Source of the DNA: a virus
Lineage: Duplodnaviria > Caudoviricetes
DNA length: 64,000 nucleotides
Strand: one strand, 5' to 3'
IMG/VR virus record: IMGVR_UViG_3300028603_000018
Span: 1-64,000 of that record
Part shown: positions 1-10,138 of the stretch, in pieces
Layout of the letters: the number at the start of each line of letters is the position of its first letter
How positions within the stretch are numbered: position 1 is the first letter of the stretch
Notes under the pieces: generated by a model
What the model was told of the DNA's origin: nothing
What the model saw: only the letters and a program-made list of their open reading frames with translations
Databases searched by the model: none
Made by a program: the position numbers and the translations under genes

Positions 1-902
1 AAGGTATCCAAGGTGAAGAAGGACCAGAGGGTCCAGAAGGCGCTGAAGGTATTCAAGGTCCCATTGGTCCTAAAGGCGATCCTGCTGCGGTATTTGCTTA
101 TAAAGGTGAAGTAAATAGCATTGTTGACTTACCTGCTGTTGGTGCTCCTGGTGATGCTTACACTGTTGTTGGTAATACACATCTGTATCTCTGGGATGAG
201 ACCTTAGAGGCATTCATTGAAGGTCCTGAAGTAGGAGCTATTCAAGGTCCTAAAGGTGATCAAGGTGAACAAGGTCCTCGTGGTCAACAAGGCTTACGTG
301 GTGAGAAGGGTGAGACTGGTGCTTCTATCATCTTCTTAAATGAAAATCCTGGTCCTCTTAATGGTCGTCCTGGTGACATGGCCATTAACAATAACACCAA
401 AGAGTATTTCCGTAAAAATAACGAGACGACTTGGATCTCGTTAGGTTATATGGAAGGTGGTACTGTTCATGAAGTACCTGAAGTCGGTCTTTTCATCCGT
501 AATCAAGGTGGTTGGACTAAAGTCCTGGAAGGTGGTGATTTAACTGGCTTAGCTGACGGTGGTCAATATGTCCTAACCAAAAATGGATTTGCTCGCTTCG
601 ATGGTTATGATACTGCTATTGTAGCACTGACTGGAACAACAATTGATCCTACTCTTCCTGCATGTAACTTCACTTATCAAGTAACAGGTAATACGACCTT
701 AACAGTAGCTAACTTCGTTGCTGATCGTTCTAAGGTTATTATTCTGCGTCTGTTAGGTAATGCTGGTACAGTAGTTATTAATAACGTACAATGGGGTGAG
801 AATGGTCCTCCAGAGATTGGAACTGACTTTACTGTCATTGCTTTATTCTGGGATGGCGTTCGTTGGTACGGTAGCTTAGGTCCAGCAGGCGCATTAGACT
901 AA
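1..902 (+). CDS. Tail fibre protein with collagen-like Gly-X-Y repeats, C-terminal part (5' end outside window)
   Basis: Frame is open from base 3 (GIQGEEGPEGPEGAEGIQGPIGPKGD...GPKGDQGEQGPRGQQGLRGEKGETG) and continues into the 378..902 ORF, so the Met at 378 is internal. Confidence 0.85.
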   Translation, partial: GIQGEEGPEGPEGAEGIQGPIGPKGDPAAVFAYKGEVNSIVDLPAVGAPGDAYTVVGNTHLYLWDETLEAFIEGPEVGAIQGPKGDQGEQGPRGQQGLRGEKGETGASIIFLNENPGPLNGRPGDMAINNNTKEYFRKNNETTWISLGYMEGGTVHEVPEVGLFIRNQGGWTKVLEGGDLTGLADGGQYVLTKNGFARFDGYDTAIVALTGTTIDPTLPACNFTYQVTGNTTLTVANFVADRSKVIILRLLGNAGTVVINNVQWGENGPPEIGTDFTVIALFWDGVRWYGSLGPAGALD

Positions 903-966
903 TAGTAAAGTAGGGAGGAGATGAAGTAATATCTCCTCTTTTTCTATTTAAAGGTTAACATCAAAA

Positions 967-1605
967 ATGACTACGGAAAATATTAACAACGCTCAGTTTA
1001 TTCGTGAATCGGATATGGTCTGGCCACTATCCCTTCATCAAATTCGAAAGCAAGAGAAAGAACGCTTACTTCCACGCAATCCTTCTCGTGAAGTAATGGA
1101 GAGTATTGGATACTTCGTTATTGACCGTACTACAGCACCAGAAGGTGATGTAGTTACACAGATCCAGCCTGTTAAGGATAACGGTGCTTATAAACAGACA
1201 TGGTCTGTTAGATCGTTTAATGAGCAAGAACTCGCTGATCGGTTAGAATCAGAACGTGCTAATCGCATGTCTCAAGTTAAAGCTTATCGACAACAAGTTG
1301 AAGAACGAGGCTTTCCTTATGACTTCGGAGGTGAGTATGGTATTATTCATATTCAAGTTCGAGATGGTGATAGGGTTAACCTAACTGGTCTTCGAATCAA
1401 TGCGATGAGTGATCCTGAATACACGTCCTTTTTTAGGGTTTATGAAAATATCGTTGTTCCTCAAAACGCTGAGGAGTTAATTGCGTTAACAAGCGCTGCT
1501 TTAACTGGATATACTGATCTATTGCAACAAGTATGGTCTATTGAAGACGCTATTCGTGCTGCGACTTCAATTGAAGAATTACCAGAAGTTCCAGAACTGA
1601 ATTAA
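967..1605 (+). CDS. Tail fibre assembly chaperone-like protein (DUF4376-like C-terminus)
   Basis: Directly after the fibre gene; YKQTWSVR, IQVRDGDRVNLTGL and C-terminal IRAATSIEEL are typical of fibre chaperones. Confidence 0.65.
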   Translation: MTTENINNAQFIRESDMVWPLSLHQIRKQEKERLLPRNPSREVMESIGYFVIDRTTAPEGDVVTQIQPVKDNGAYKQTWSVRSFNEQELADRLESERANRMSQVKAYRQQVEERGFPYDFGGEYGIIHIQVRDGDRVNLTGLRINAMSDPEYTSFFRVYENIVVPQNAEELIALTSAALTGYTDLLQQVWSIEDAIRAATSIEELPEVPELN

Positions 1606-1609
1606 TTAA

Positions 1610-1647
1610 GGCATATGGGGGGTCTTAACAGACTCCCTATTTATGCC
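1610..1647. repeat. GGCATA...TATGCC palindromic element (first of about 30 copies), probable terminator
   Basis: ggcatatggggggtc-ttaaca-gactccctatttatgcc immediately after a stop codon. Confidence 0.75.
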
Positions 1648-1739
1648 ATAGATAACATCTTTTTTTATTCCTTATTTTCAATCTTATTGAATAGAATTTT
1701 ATATTAGTAATTTAATTTCAATAAGAAGGATTAAAATAG

Positions 1740-2327
1740 ATGAATATTATCGAATGGTTTTATATTAAAAATAACAACGATAAGTTATTTAGAGTCATTA
1801 ATTCTTTAGAACCTTTAGCTAAGAAATATGGGTTAACAGAAAATCCCAAGCATCTTCCTAATATTTTAGCTATGTTAAAAGTGTTAAAAGAAGAAAAACA
1901 TAATAACATCCCCTTAACCTTATTTATTACTCGACTCGTTTATTCAGATGTAAACTGTCTTCCGGAAGACGACTTCTCTTTATCATTAGAAGTAGAAAGA
2001 GCGGTTCGTAATAGCACGAGTAGTGAAGCTAAAGATACTGGATCAAGTCAGGTTATTAGGGAGTGGTTAATTGAAAACACTCGTCACACATTAGCCGAAC
2101 TCTTAACCTTGTTCTTTCTATTTCAACTCTATGAGTTCGAGGATGAAAATAACTTCTTCTCTAATCTCGTCCAAGAATACAAAGATGACTACAAGGATGA
2201 GTTAGAAGACTTTTGCTCTACTTCATTAGACGAACATTTCCTTAATGAAATTAACAATCCATTATTTGAGACAAATACAGATCTTGATTGGATTAAAGTT
2301 ATTGGGATTATTATTACCCAGATTTAA
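1740..2327 (+). CDS. Hypothetical protein
   Basis: 195-aa ORF with AAGGA RBS. Confidence 0.75.
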   Translation: MNIIEWFYIKNNNDKLFRVINSLEPLAKKYGLTENPKHLPNILAMLKVLKEEKHNNIPLTLFITRLVYSDVNCLPEDDFSLSLEVERAVRNSTSSEAKDTGSSQVIREWLIENTRHTLAELLTLFFLFQLYEFEDENNFFSNLVQEYKDDYKDELEDFCSTSLDEHFLNEINNPLFETNTDLDWIKVIGIIITQI

Positions 2328-2678
2328 TCTCTATTATATGTTAAAAGAAGGGTAATGTTTTTGGAGTAGTGTTAGATAAGGGATGTAGATGGGTTTTCTT
2401 TTATTTTCCTTTTCCTATCTATACTCGTATGTGACACAAATTAAGGCTGGTCCTTAATTATATCGTGGAAAAGGGAAGAAGGAGTGGGGACTCCTTCTTC
2501 CCTATTAGCTATATTGAATATAAAAAAATATTACTTAACTTTATTAAATGAAAAGTAAGAGTTATTGGTTTCTCTTATTGTTCATCCCTGTTCCGTTGTG
2601 GGAGAGAATTAGATTAGTATTGGGTTGCTTTTCTATTTCTATACGGTTGGGTTTTCCTTAAGTTGGTGTGTGGAATCT

Positions 2679-2718
2679 GGTATGAATAGGGAGTCCTTTT
2701 GGATTCCCTATTTATGCC
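2679..2718. repeat. GGCATA...TATGCC palindromic element
   Basis: ggtatgaatagggagtcc-tttt-ggattccctatttatgcc. Confidence 0.75.
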
Positions 2719-2750
2719 GTTTATTTATGTCTCTTGTTTATACTTTAAAA

Positions 2751-2787
2751 TGTAATCTAGAATTAATCAATTACATATAACTAGTTG
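2751..2787 (+). promoter_or_regulatory. Putative early phage promoter (ACATATMAYT family)
   Basis: tgtaatctagaattaatcaattacatataactagtt, identical to the copy at 61673-61708; core motif recurs upstream of many plus-strand genes. Confidence 0.7.
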
Positions 2788-2825
2788 GATAGCAATAATT
2801 TATCTTCTCAAAAAGGATTCTCATC

Positions 2826-2951
2826 ATGTTTACTTCTATCATTCACTTCCTTAAGAAATCAGAAAAAGCTCAAGAAGTCTTGGCCTATATTTTCTCCCTT
2901 GCCATTTGCGCTGGTTTTCTTACATGGATGTTCATTAAGGCTACAAATTGA
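2826..2951 (+). CDS. Small membrane protein (41 aa), not in ORF track
   Basis: AAAGGA RBS; MFTSIIHFLKKSEKAQEVLAYIFSLAICAGFLTWMFIKATN; lies between promoter motif and hairpin. Confidence 0.7.
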   Translation: MFTSIIHFLKKSEKAQEVLAYIFSLAICAGFLTWMFIKATN

Positions 2952-3080
2952 ACGGCATAAAAAGAGAGGGATTATTTCCCTCTCTTTTATTACTTCTTTT
3001 TTTGTTTCTAATTTTAAATATTATTAAGAACATATCATCTATTAGTAGTTAGTTATAAACGTTTATAAGGTTTTTAATTC

Positions 3081-3293
3081 ATGCCTTTAGATTTATATAG
3101 TTTATTGGTATTAATAGCTTTCGCTACGACTTGCATTACAGTACTTCTTTTTATACGTAAAGGAAGTGTAATTGGTACTTTTATTACTTGCTTAATAGCT
3201 ATGTCATTATTGACTCAAGTCAGAGAAGATCGAGTTGAAGCAAAAAAGGATAAGGAAAGTAGTGCTGTTATAGAAATTAAACCGGAGAAGTAA
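3081..3293 (+). CDS. Small membrane protein (2 hydrophobic segments)
   Basis: Hydrophobic N-terminal 45 aa; ACATATCATCT motif at 3030. Confidence 0.7.
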   Translation: MPLDLYSLLVLIAFATTCITVLLFIRKGSVIGTFITCLIAMSLLTQVREDRVEAKKDKESSAVIEIKPEK

Positions 3294-3297
3294 AGTA

Positions 3298-3792
3298 ATG
3301 ATCATCCCTTTTGATGAAGCTGTTATCTTCTTTGGTCCTGAATCCCCTTTCTCTAATTGGTATAAAGGTCCATTTGTTTATAATGGGCTTGGTTATTTAA
3401 CCAACGAGCATTTCATGATGGCTAAGAAAGCAGCTTTATTTGGAGACTGGGTGATTCATGATAAGATACTTCGAGCTAAGACTGCTTTTAGTGCTAAGAA
3501 GCTAGGGCGTGAAGTAATGGGTTTTGATGAAAAGATTTGGAGTAACTGGAGGATGAACATAGTAGGTAAAGGCAAGTTAGAACAAGCTAAACAAAACCCT
3601 ATTGTGTTACAAGCCTATGTAGAAAATGCAGGTAAAACATTTATCGAAGCCAGTCCTTATGATTTGATATGGGGAATTGGTCTAGGTGAACTCCATCCAG
3701 GTTGCTATGATACTGATCAATGGCTAGGTGAAAACTTATTAGGTATCGTAAATAGTAAAGTAGCTGTACAATTAAAAGAAATGACTTCTTAA
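3298..3792 (+). CDS. NADAR (YbiA-like) family protein
   Basis: FSNWY, EHFMMAKKAALFGD, AKKLGREV, EASPYDLIWGIG and GENLLG motifs. Confidence 0.92.
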   Translation: MIIPFDEAVIFFGPESPFSNWYKGPFVYNGLGYLTNEHFMMAKKAALFGDWVIHDKILRAKTAFSAKKLGREVMGFDEKIWSNWRMNIVGKGKLEQAKQNPIVLQAYVENAGKTFIEASPYDLIWGIGLGELHPGCYDTDQWLGENLLGIVNSKVAVQLKEMTS

Positions 3793-3830
3793 TAAAACTG
3801 TAGTAAACAACAAAAGGATTAACTAAACTA

Positions 3831-4802
3831 ATGTCTAATTCAGATAACCTCGACGATATCTTAGCTCAAGAAGATCATGTTAATGATGAACTCATCTCTT
3901 TATATGCAGAGAACAAAAGTATTTATGACATTACCTCTGAGTTAATTAAACGATTAGAGAACAAAGAATACTTTAACAGTCTAGATGCTGTGTTAGAGTT
4001 AAGCTTGTTACCTACAGTTATTCCTAATGACTTTATTCGTGTTGATCCAGATCAAGAGTTCGTAGAGAAAGGATTACCTAAATTAACTGAGATCAATGAT
4101 GAGACTAAGCCTAAGCTCTGGCATTTCTTCTTTACTGTTACAGTAGAGTTAATGGCTCAGCAAAAAGGTTCTTCTATCTTAATTGAAGAAGAGATTGAAT
4201 TTCCTTTTACTTTAGAAGAGTTTATTGTTGTTGCTGATCAATGGATTCATTCTCGCGTAGCTAAGATTCTCATTCTCAATACCGATGAAGGTTCTAGCTC
4301 CTCAGTCGTTGATAAAATCTCTACAGATACACTAGCAGATATTGAGAAGAAGTTTGAAGAAACTAAAGGCGAGTTAGAGAATGAATACTCTGAAGAAGAT
4401 TTGGAATTCTTTAATACGACAATTAAAGATAACCTAGCTAGTGACTTAGAGTTGTTAAAAGAGCGGTTTATTAATCTTCCAGTTTCTACTCAATTAGTCT
4501 CTGGTCCTCCAACTTGTTTAGAACTCATTGAGTTTTATCCTATCTGCTTAGCCTATGTGTATGTTAATGATAGCTTACGGACTAATTTAGATTTATCTCT
4601 ATTAGTACGTATTATTCATGCATCAAAGAAAGCTTCATTAACGCTTCTTTCTGATTTCTCTGAATTCACTACTCCAGCTAATGAAGATAGTCTCTTAGGC
4701 TATATTAGTCTGATAGATGGTGTTAACTGGTACACAGATGGAAATGAGTTATTTAACGTATTACGAAGCTCTGGAGAGAGCGATGAGTCATTTGACAGCT
4801 GA
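3831..4802 (+). CDS. Acidic hypothetical protein
   Basis: 323-aa ORF with RBS. Confidence 0.75.
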   Translation: MSNSDNLDDILAQEDHVNDELISLYAENKSIYDITSELIKRLENKEYFNSLDAVLELSLLPTVIPNDFIRVDPDQEFVEKGLPKLTEINDETKPKLWHFFFTVTVELMAQQKGSSILIEEEIEFPFTLEEFIVVADQWIHSRVAKILILNTDEGSSSSVVDKISTDTLADIEKKFEETKGELENEYSEEDLEFFNTTIKDNLASDLELLKERFINLPVSTQLVSGPPTCLELIEFYPICLAYVYVNDSLRTNLDLSLLVRIIHASKKASLTLLSDFSEFTTPANEDSLLGYISLIDGVNWYTDGNELFNVLRSSGESDESFDS

Positions 4803-5010
4803 TTACGTAAAAGAAACTCTTAAGAAATTTTCTAAAGATTTCTCATTAGACTATGATTCATTAATGGAGGAGGTTCACTATAAGAACCTCTTTGAAGAAC
4901 TCACAGATATGCTTAGCACTGATTTAGGTATTGCTGTTTATACTAAAGATCTTTTTGGTATTACAGATAGTGAGATCATTGATACTGTTCTTAATATTGC
5001 TAACGCATAG
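4717..5010 (+). CDS. Hypothetical protein (true start probably 4744 or 4783)
   Basis: Fills the gap in the gene run; GGAG precedes the ATG at 4783. Confidence 0.55.
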   Translation: MVLTGTQMEMSYLTYYEALERAMSHLTADYVKETLKKFSKDFSLDYDSLMEEVHYKNLFEELTDMLSTDLGIAVYTKDLFGITDSEIIDTVLNIANA

Positions 5011-5022
5011 GAAAATACAACG

Positions 5023-5454
5023 ATGAAAAAAACGATTATCTTTACGTTAAGTAAGTCTTTAGAAGAATTCAACCCTTCTGATTATGATAATGACCTAGCT
5101 AAAGTTATTTACTTAGAAGGTAAAGACTTAGATGCTGAAACATTAACTGAAACCATCAATGCTTTAGAAGAAACACATATCGTCATTGATATTTTCGAAC
5201 CCTTTGCTGAATTACTTGTCTATAATGGATTCAATGCTATCTTTCTCATTGATAAAGAAACAAAGATTGAACACCTTTATACAGACTTAGATGAACAATC
5301 TAAAGCTAAGAATTACTTCAGCAATCTCTTAGATTATTGTAATAACACTGGTATTCGAAATAGAGCAAATATTATCTTAGTACAGGATAATACACCTACT
5401 CCTTTTTCTTGGATGAAGTTAATTACTCTTAGCACTATGTTAGATAGGCGTTGA
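5023..5454 (+). CDS. Hypothetical protein
   Basis: 143-aa ORF with AGGA RBS, followed by palindromic element 5461-5499. Confidence 0.7.
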   Translation: MKKTIIFTLSKSLEEFNPSDYDNDLAKVIYLEGKDLDAETLTETINALEETHIVIDIFEPFAELLVYNGFNAIFLIDKETKIEHLYTDLDEQSKAKNYFSNLLDYCNNTGIRNRANIILVQDNTPTPFSWMKLITLSTMLDRR

Positions 5455-5657
5455 AAGCAACATAATAGGAGATCCTTTTGGGATCTCCTATTTATGACCT
5501 TTTTTCTTTTGGCAAACTATTAAGTCTTTTTTCAGTCATTTAAATGCTATGTCAACTGAAAGGAAAATATAAAAAAACGAGTTGACTCATTTCTATGTAA
5601 AGAATGTTTAAGCATTAGTTTAATACCAGTAACAATAACTACACTTTGGAGTAAGAA

Positions 5658-8600
5658 GTGATTGAAAAAATTATTAAGCGTGATGGACGAGAAGAAAAGT
5701 TCGATGCTGAGAAAATTGTAAGGTGGGCTGAATGGGCCTCCCCAATGGAATCTATGAAACGACAGTGGCCTGTTGTAGTAACAAAGGTGGCCTCTCGTTT
5801 AGATCGTATTGTAACGAGTAAGAAGCTCCAGGAAGAGTTAATTGAAGGGTTCTTAGATCTAGATAACTATAGTGCTTATTTAGTCGCTGGACGCCTGTAT
5901 TCAGCTCACCTACGTAAAGAGATTTTTGGTAGTAATGAAGTACCTACTATTAAAGAAGTGCAAACTCGATTAATTCAAGATGGATTATTACGTGATCTTG
6001 GTTATAGTGATCAAGAGTACCAAATGCTTGAAGAGATTATTGATCATGAACGAGACTTTGATGTATTGCATTTCTCTTTACACCATATTCGACTCAAGTA
6101 CGCATTACGTAATAAAGTAAGTAAAAAAGAGTATGAAACTCAGCAGTTTGTTTACATGCGTATGGCAATGACTGTTAATGAGTTTAAAGAACCTATTGAG
6201 AGGATTGCTTTAGTTAAGAGCCTCTATGATAAGCTCTCTCAAAAGAAACTCTCTTTACCTACACCTAACTATGTAAACTTTGGCACTTACTTACGTAGCT
6301 ATGCTTCTTGCAACCTCTATATGACTGACGACAATTTAGAGAGTTTAGCTATTGGTGATCATATTGCTTATCGTCAAACAGCAGCTAGTGCAGGTAATGG
6401 TTTTAACATCATGACTCGTTCAGCCGATGATCCTATTCGTAATGGATTATTCCCTCATCAAGGAAAACTCCCTTACTATGCTGCTGTAGGTAAAGCTATT
6501 AAAGCTAACTTACAAAATGGTCGAGGTGGTGCAGGTAATGCTTTCTTCCCAGCATTTGATCCTGAAGCTAATAAGATCTTAGGCTTACGTGATCCGCGCT
6601 CTACTGGTGTGGCAAGTAATAGAGATCTCCATTACACTTTTATGGATAATCCTTTCTTTGCTAAGAAAGTGGCAGCTGGAGAGAAAGTCTTTGTATGGAA
6701 CTGCTATACTGCTCCTAAGCTCAATGAGTTATTCTATTCTGATGACCTAAAAGGTTTTATTGAAGAATATAATCGTTTAGAAAATGATCCTAGTTTCCAT
6801 AAAGAATATATTGATACTCGTGAACTCTTCTATAGGTTGAAAGACGCAGAGTTTGGTAGTGGTACGTATTATGAAATGGACGCTTATGAAGTCAATCGCC
6901 ATACTCCATTAAAAGAACCTATTCATAGTAGTAATTTGTGCGTAGCACCAGAAACGCAATTACTGACTGATCAAGGTCATGTTACAATCCGTGATAAAGC
7001 TGGTCAGACAGTTACTATCTGGAACGGTAAAGAATGGTCTGAAGTAGAAGTCGTTAAGACAGGTGAGAACCAGAAGTTACTACGCGTTGTATTATCTGAC
7101 GGTAAAGATTTAACATGCACCCCGTATCACAAGTGGTACGTGATGGATAGTTACCAAGGTAAAGAGCGCGAGGTCCGTACTCATGAGCTTGAAGAAGGAA
7201 TGAAGCTTATTAAGCTAGAGACTCCTGTCATTGAAGGTGACTGGGAATTTAAAAGAGCTTATGTTAATGGCTTCTATACAGGTGACGGAACTCAACTTTA
7301 TAATGGTACAGGAAAAATTTACTTATATGGTGAAAAGGCGGCACTTGCTCCTCTGTTTAATCATGATAAGGAATGGCGTAAAAACGGAAACAGATTAGAA
7401 TCCGAGTTCCGTGATCTGTATCCTAAATATACTGTACCGACAGTGAAGTATACTGTAGCTAGTCGTTTAGAATGGCTCGCGGGATGGCTAGATGCAGATG
7501 GCTGCATCTATCGAAATGGAGACAATGAGTCGATTACTGCTTCTTCTACAGATAAAGAATTTCTTAAAGAAGTACAGTTAATGCTTCAAACTCTAGGCAT
7601 TGAATCTAAAGTAACGCTTCTGTATGAAGCTGGAATAAAAAGACTTCCCGCTAATGATGGAACTGGAATCTATAAGGATTTCTATTGCTTAGCCACTTAT
7701 CGACTTCTTATTTCTAGTTGGAATAGTCAGAAGCTATTAGAGCTAGGATTAAAATTACATCGACTAGTGATAGAAAAACGCAAAGTTCAGCGTAGTGCTT
7801 CAGGATTCGTTTATGTGAAGAATGTATTAGATGTTGGTCGAGTAGATGATACTTACTGCGTAAAAGAACCTAAGCGTAATAGAGCAGTCTTCAATGGTAT
7901 TCTTACAGGTCAATGCGTAGAAATCACTGAGCACACAGCTCCTTACTATGACATGAAGGATCTTTATTCTGAAGAAGATCATGGTAGAGGTGAGATTGCG
8001 TTATGTAATCTTGGTGCTGTTAACCTATCTAAGATTGAATCAGATAAAGATTACTTCAACATCATGTATGAAGCTTTGAAAGTTATTGATTATACAATCG
8101 ATCATGCTGATTACACCTTCCCTCACTTAAGCTTTACTTCTAAGCAACGTCGATATGCTGCTGTTGGTATTATGGACTTTGCTCATGTCATGGCTGAATC
8201 CCACTACTCTTATTCAACAGAAGAGGGCAGGCAGTTCATGCACGAAGTAGCGGAACGTCATATGTACTTTGCTATTAAAGCCTCTCTTGCTATTAGTAAA
8301 GAACGTGGTGTAGCTCCTTGGATTCATAAGACTAAATGGGTAGACGGCTGGACACCTGTCAAAACGTATAACCGAGGTCTTGATAGTATCCAAGACTTTA
8401 AATACCGGTATGACTGGGAAGCTCTATCTGAAGAGATTAAAGCAAATGGTGGTATTGCTCATAGTCTGTTAGTTGCTTATATGCCTGGGGAAGCTTCTAG
8501 TAAAGCAGTAGGTGCTGCTAACTCTATTTATCCTGTTAGACAGTTAACGCTAGTTAAAACAGATAATAAGATCACAACTCGCTGGGCTGCACCTAATGGT

Positions 8601-8903
8601 GATAATGAGTTCTATAAATACGAATCTGCTTGGGACATCCCTACGAAAGATCTGATTATCATGTATGCTATCTTCCAGAAGTTTACTGATCAGTCTATTA
8701 GTGCAGATAGGTATAAGCGTGTCCCTGAAGGTAGTACGATTAATACCGATGAATTAATTGAAGAATATCTCCTGGCTAAGAAGTTAGGTGTTAAAACCTT
8801 CTATTACCAAAACTCTAACACAGCAAGTAATGTCGATATTAATGTGGTCGAGCGTATTACTGATGCTGTTGATGAAGAGGTTTGTGAAGGTTGTACAATG
8901 TGA
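5658..8903 (+). CDS. nrdA: Class Ia ribonucleotide reductase alpha subunit, intein-containing
   Basis: N-terminal ATP cone (IIKRDGREEKFD), LPTP, ASC, SSNL|C-V-E active site split by an intein, KTFYY, C-terminal CEGC. Confidence 0.96.
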   Translation: MIEKIIKRDGREEKFDAEKIVRWAEWASPMESMKRQWPVVVTKVASRLDRIVTSKKLQEELIEGFLDLDNYSAYLVAGRLYSAHLRKEIFGSNEVPTIKEVQTRLIQDGLLRDLGYSDQEYQMLEEIIDHERDFDVLHFSLHHIRLKYALRNKVSKKEYETQQFVYMRMAMTVNEFKEPIERIALVKSLYDKLSQKKLSLPTPNYVNFGTYLRSYASCNLYMTDDNLESLAIGDHIAYRQTAASAGNGFNIMTRSADDPIRNGLFPHQGKLPYYAAVGKAIKANLQNGRGGAGNAFFPAFDPEANKILGLRDPRSTGVASNRDLHYTFMDNPFFAKKVAAGEKVFVWNCYTAPKLNELFYSDDLKGFIEEYNRLENDPSFHKEYIDTRELFYRLKDAEFGSGTYYEMDAYEVNRHTPLKEPIHSSNLCVAPETQLLTDQGHVTIRDKAGQTVTIWNGKEWSEVEVVKTGENQKLLRVVLSDGKDLTCTPYHKWYVMDSYQGKEREVRTHELEEGMKLIKLETPVIEGDWEFKRAYVNGFYTGDGTQLYNGTGKIYLYGEKAALAPLFNHDKEWRKNGNRLESEFRDLYPKYTVPTVKYTVASRLEWLAGWLDADGCIYRNGDNESITASSTDKEFLKEVQLMLQTLGIESKVTLLYEAGIKRLPANDGTGIYKDFYCLATYRLLISSWNSQKLLELGLKLHRLVIEKRKVQRSASGFVYVKNVLDVGRVDDTYCVKEPKRNRAVFNGILTGQCVEITEHTAPYYDMKDLYSEEDHGRGEIALCNLGAVNLSKIESDKDYFNIMYEALKVIDYTIDHADYTFPHLSFTSKQRRYAAVGIMDFAHVMAESHYSYSTEEGRQFMHEVAERHMYFAIKASLAISKERGVAPWIHKTKWVDGWTPVKTYNRGLDSIQDFKYRYDWEALSEEIKANGGIAHSLLVAYMPGEASSKAVGAANSIYPVRQLTLVKTDNKITTRWAAPNGDNEFYKYESAWDIPTKDLIIMYAIFQKFTDQSISADRYKRVPEGSTINTDELIEEYLLAKKLGVKTFYYQNSNTASNVDINVVERITDAVDEEVCEGCTM
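6939..7913 (+). mobile_element. Intein (325 aa) with LAGLIDADG homing endonuclease, ending in Gln
   Basis: Starts CVAPETQLLT; block B CTPYHKW; endonuclease motifs NGFYTGDG and LAGWLDADG; ends DTYCVKEP...FNGILTGQ before the catalytic Cys. Confidence 0.93.
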
Positions 8904-8936
8904 TGTCGGTACTGTAATAAAGGAAAATTAAACACC

Positions 8937-10070
8937 ATGTCTGAGCTTTTTCTCCCTAGTAATGTCTTTAACGTAAATAAAACTGATTACGAACGCACTC
9001 CTATTATCTTTGGTCAGAAAATCGGATTATTTGACAGTATCAATAAACAATACCCTAAGCTCCACGAATACTTCAAAACTCAGAAATCTCTCGATTGGTC
9101 TGAAGATGAGTTTGATTATCGTAGTTGCTTAGTTGAATTTGAGAAATCAAGTAAGTTTGATTATGACCTCATGGTAAAAACACTAGCTTGGCAGTGGGAA
9201 GGTGATAGTTTAGCTAGTAACACCATTATGAGTGTATTAGATCCCGTACTGACTTGTAGTGAAGGTCGGCAACTCTATTATCGTATTGTTGATAATGAAC
9301 TCTTACATGCTGCTACTTACTCTGAGATTGTAAGGATGTCTTTTAGTAATCCTAGTGTGATTATGAATGAGATCCTTTCTGTTAGAGAGTCTCTACAGCG
9401 TTTAAATACGATTGGTAAGGTAATGGATGAAGCAGTGCAGTTTTCTGCTTGGTACGCCTATAAACAGCTAGAAGGACCAGTAGAAGTAACACAGGAGATG
9501 TATAATAAGATCTTCATGTTCTTTGTGGCTTTACTGTGTTTTGAGCGTATTCAATTCATGTCTTCTTTTGCAATTACCTTTGCATACGGTGATATGGGTC
9601 GTTTCTTACCTATTGCTAAAGCTGTACAGAAAATTGCTCAAGATGAGTTTGAGATCCATGTCCAAGCTGCAATGGAAGTTATTCGAAATCTTATTCTTAC
9701 TCCAATGGGAATGAAAGCTTTCCAAGAGAATAAAGAAAAGATCGTAATCCTCATTAATGAAGTCCATGCTTCTGAGACTGCTTGGAATGAGTATGTATTT
9801 TCTGAAGGTCGTCGACTAGATCGTATTAATGGTAAGATGATGCAATCCTTCTCTGATTTCTCAGCTTGCTCGGTAGCTCAGTTCTTTGGATTAGAAAATG
9901 AGATTAAAGCGCCATTAGTTATGGAAAACCCTCTCCATTACTTTGGGGAGTGGGTTAATATCAGTAAGACACAATACTCTCCTCAAGAAGAACAAGGTGG
10001 GCAATATAAGCTTAACATTGTACGTCGTAATGATGAGAAGAAAGTCTTTGAGTTTGATCTGAATATTTAA
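8937..10070 (+). CDS. nrdB: Ribonucleotide reductase beta subunit
   Basis: Di-iron ligands WEGDS, NELLH, FERIQF, DEFEIH and radical Tyr (HAATY); adjacent to nrdA. Confidence 0.95.
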   Translation: MSELFLPSNVFNVNKTDYERTPIIFGQKIGLFDSINKQYPKLHEYFKTQKSLDWSEDEFDYRSCLVEFEKSSKFDYDLMVKTLAWQWEGDSLASNTIMSVLDPVLTCSEGRQLYYRIVDNELLHAATYSEIVRMSFSNPSVIMNEILSVRESLQRLNTIGKVMDEAVQFSAWYAYKQLEGPVEVTQEMYNKIFMFFVALLCFERIQFMSSFAITFAYGDMGRFLPIAKAVQKIAQDEFEIHVQAAMEVIRNLILTPMGMKAFQENKEKIVILINEVHASETAWNEYVFSEGRRLDRINGKMMQSFSDFSACSVAQFFGLENEIKAPLVMENPLHYFGEWVNISKTQYSPQEEQGGQYKLNIVRRNDEKKVFEFDLNI

Positions 10071-10138
10071 TAGCATAAAAAGAGGAGTCATTAGTACTCC
10101 TCTTTTTCTCCCTCCTTTTATTAGTAGAGGTACTAATA

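Noticed and set aside
2785-3027. 80-aa TTG-start ORF
   Set aside because: Starts inside the promoter motif and runs through a hairpin; 2826..2951 has the RBS and a sensible product
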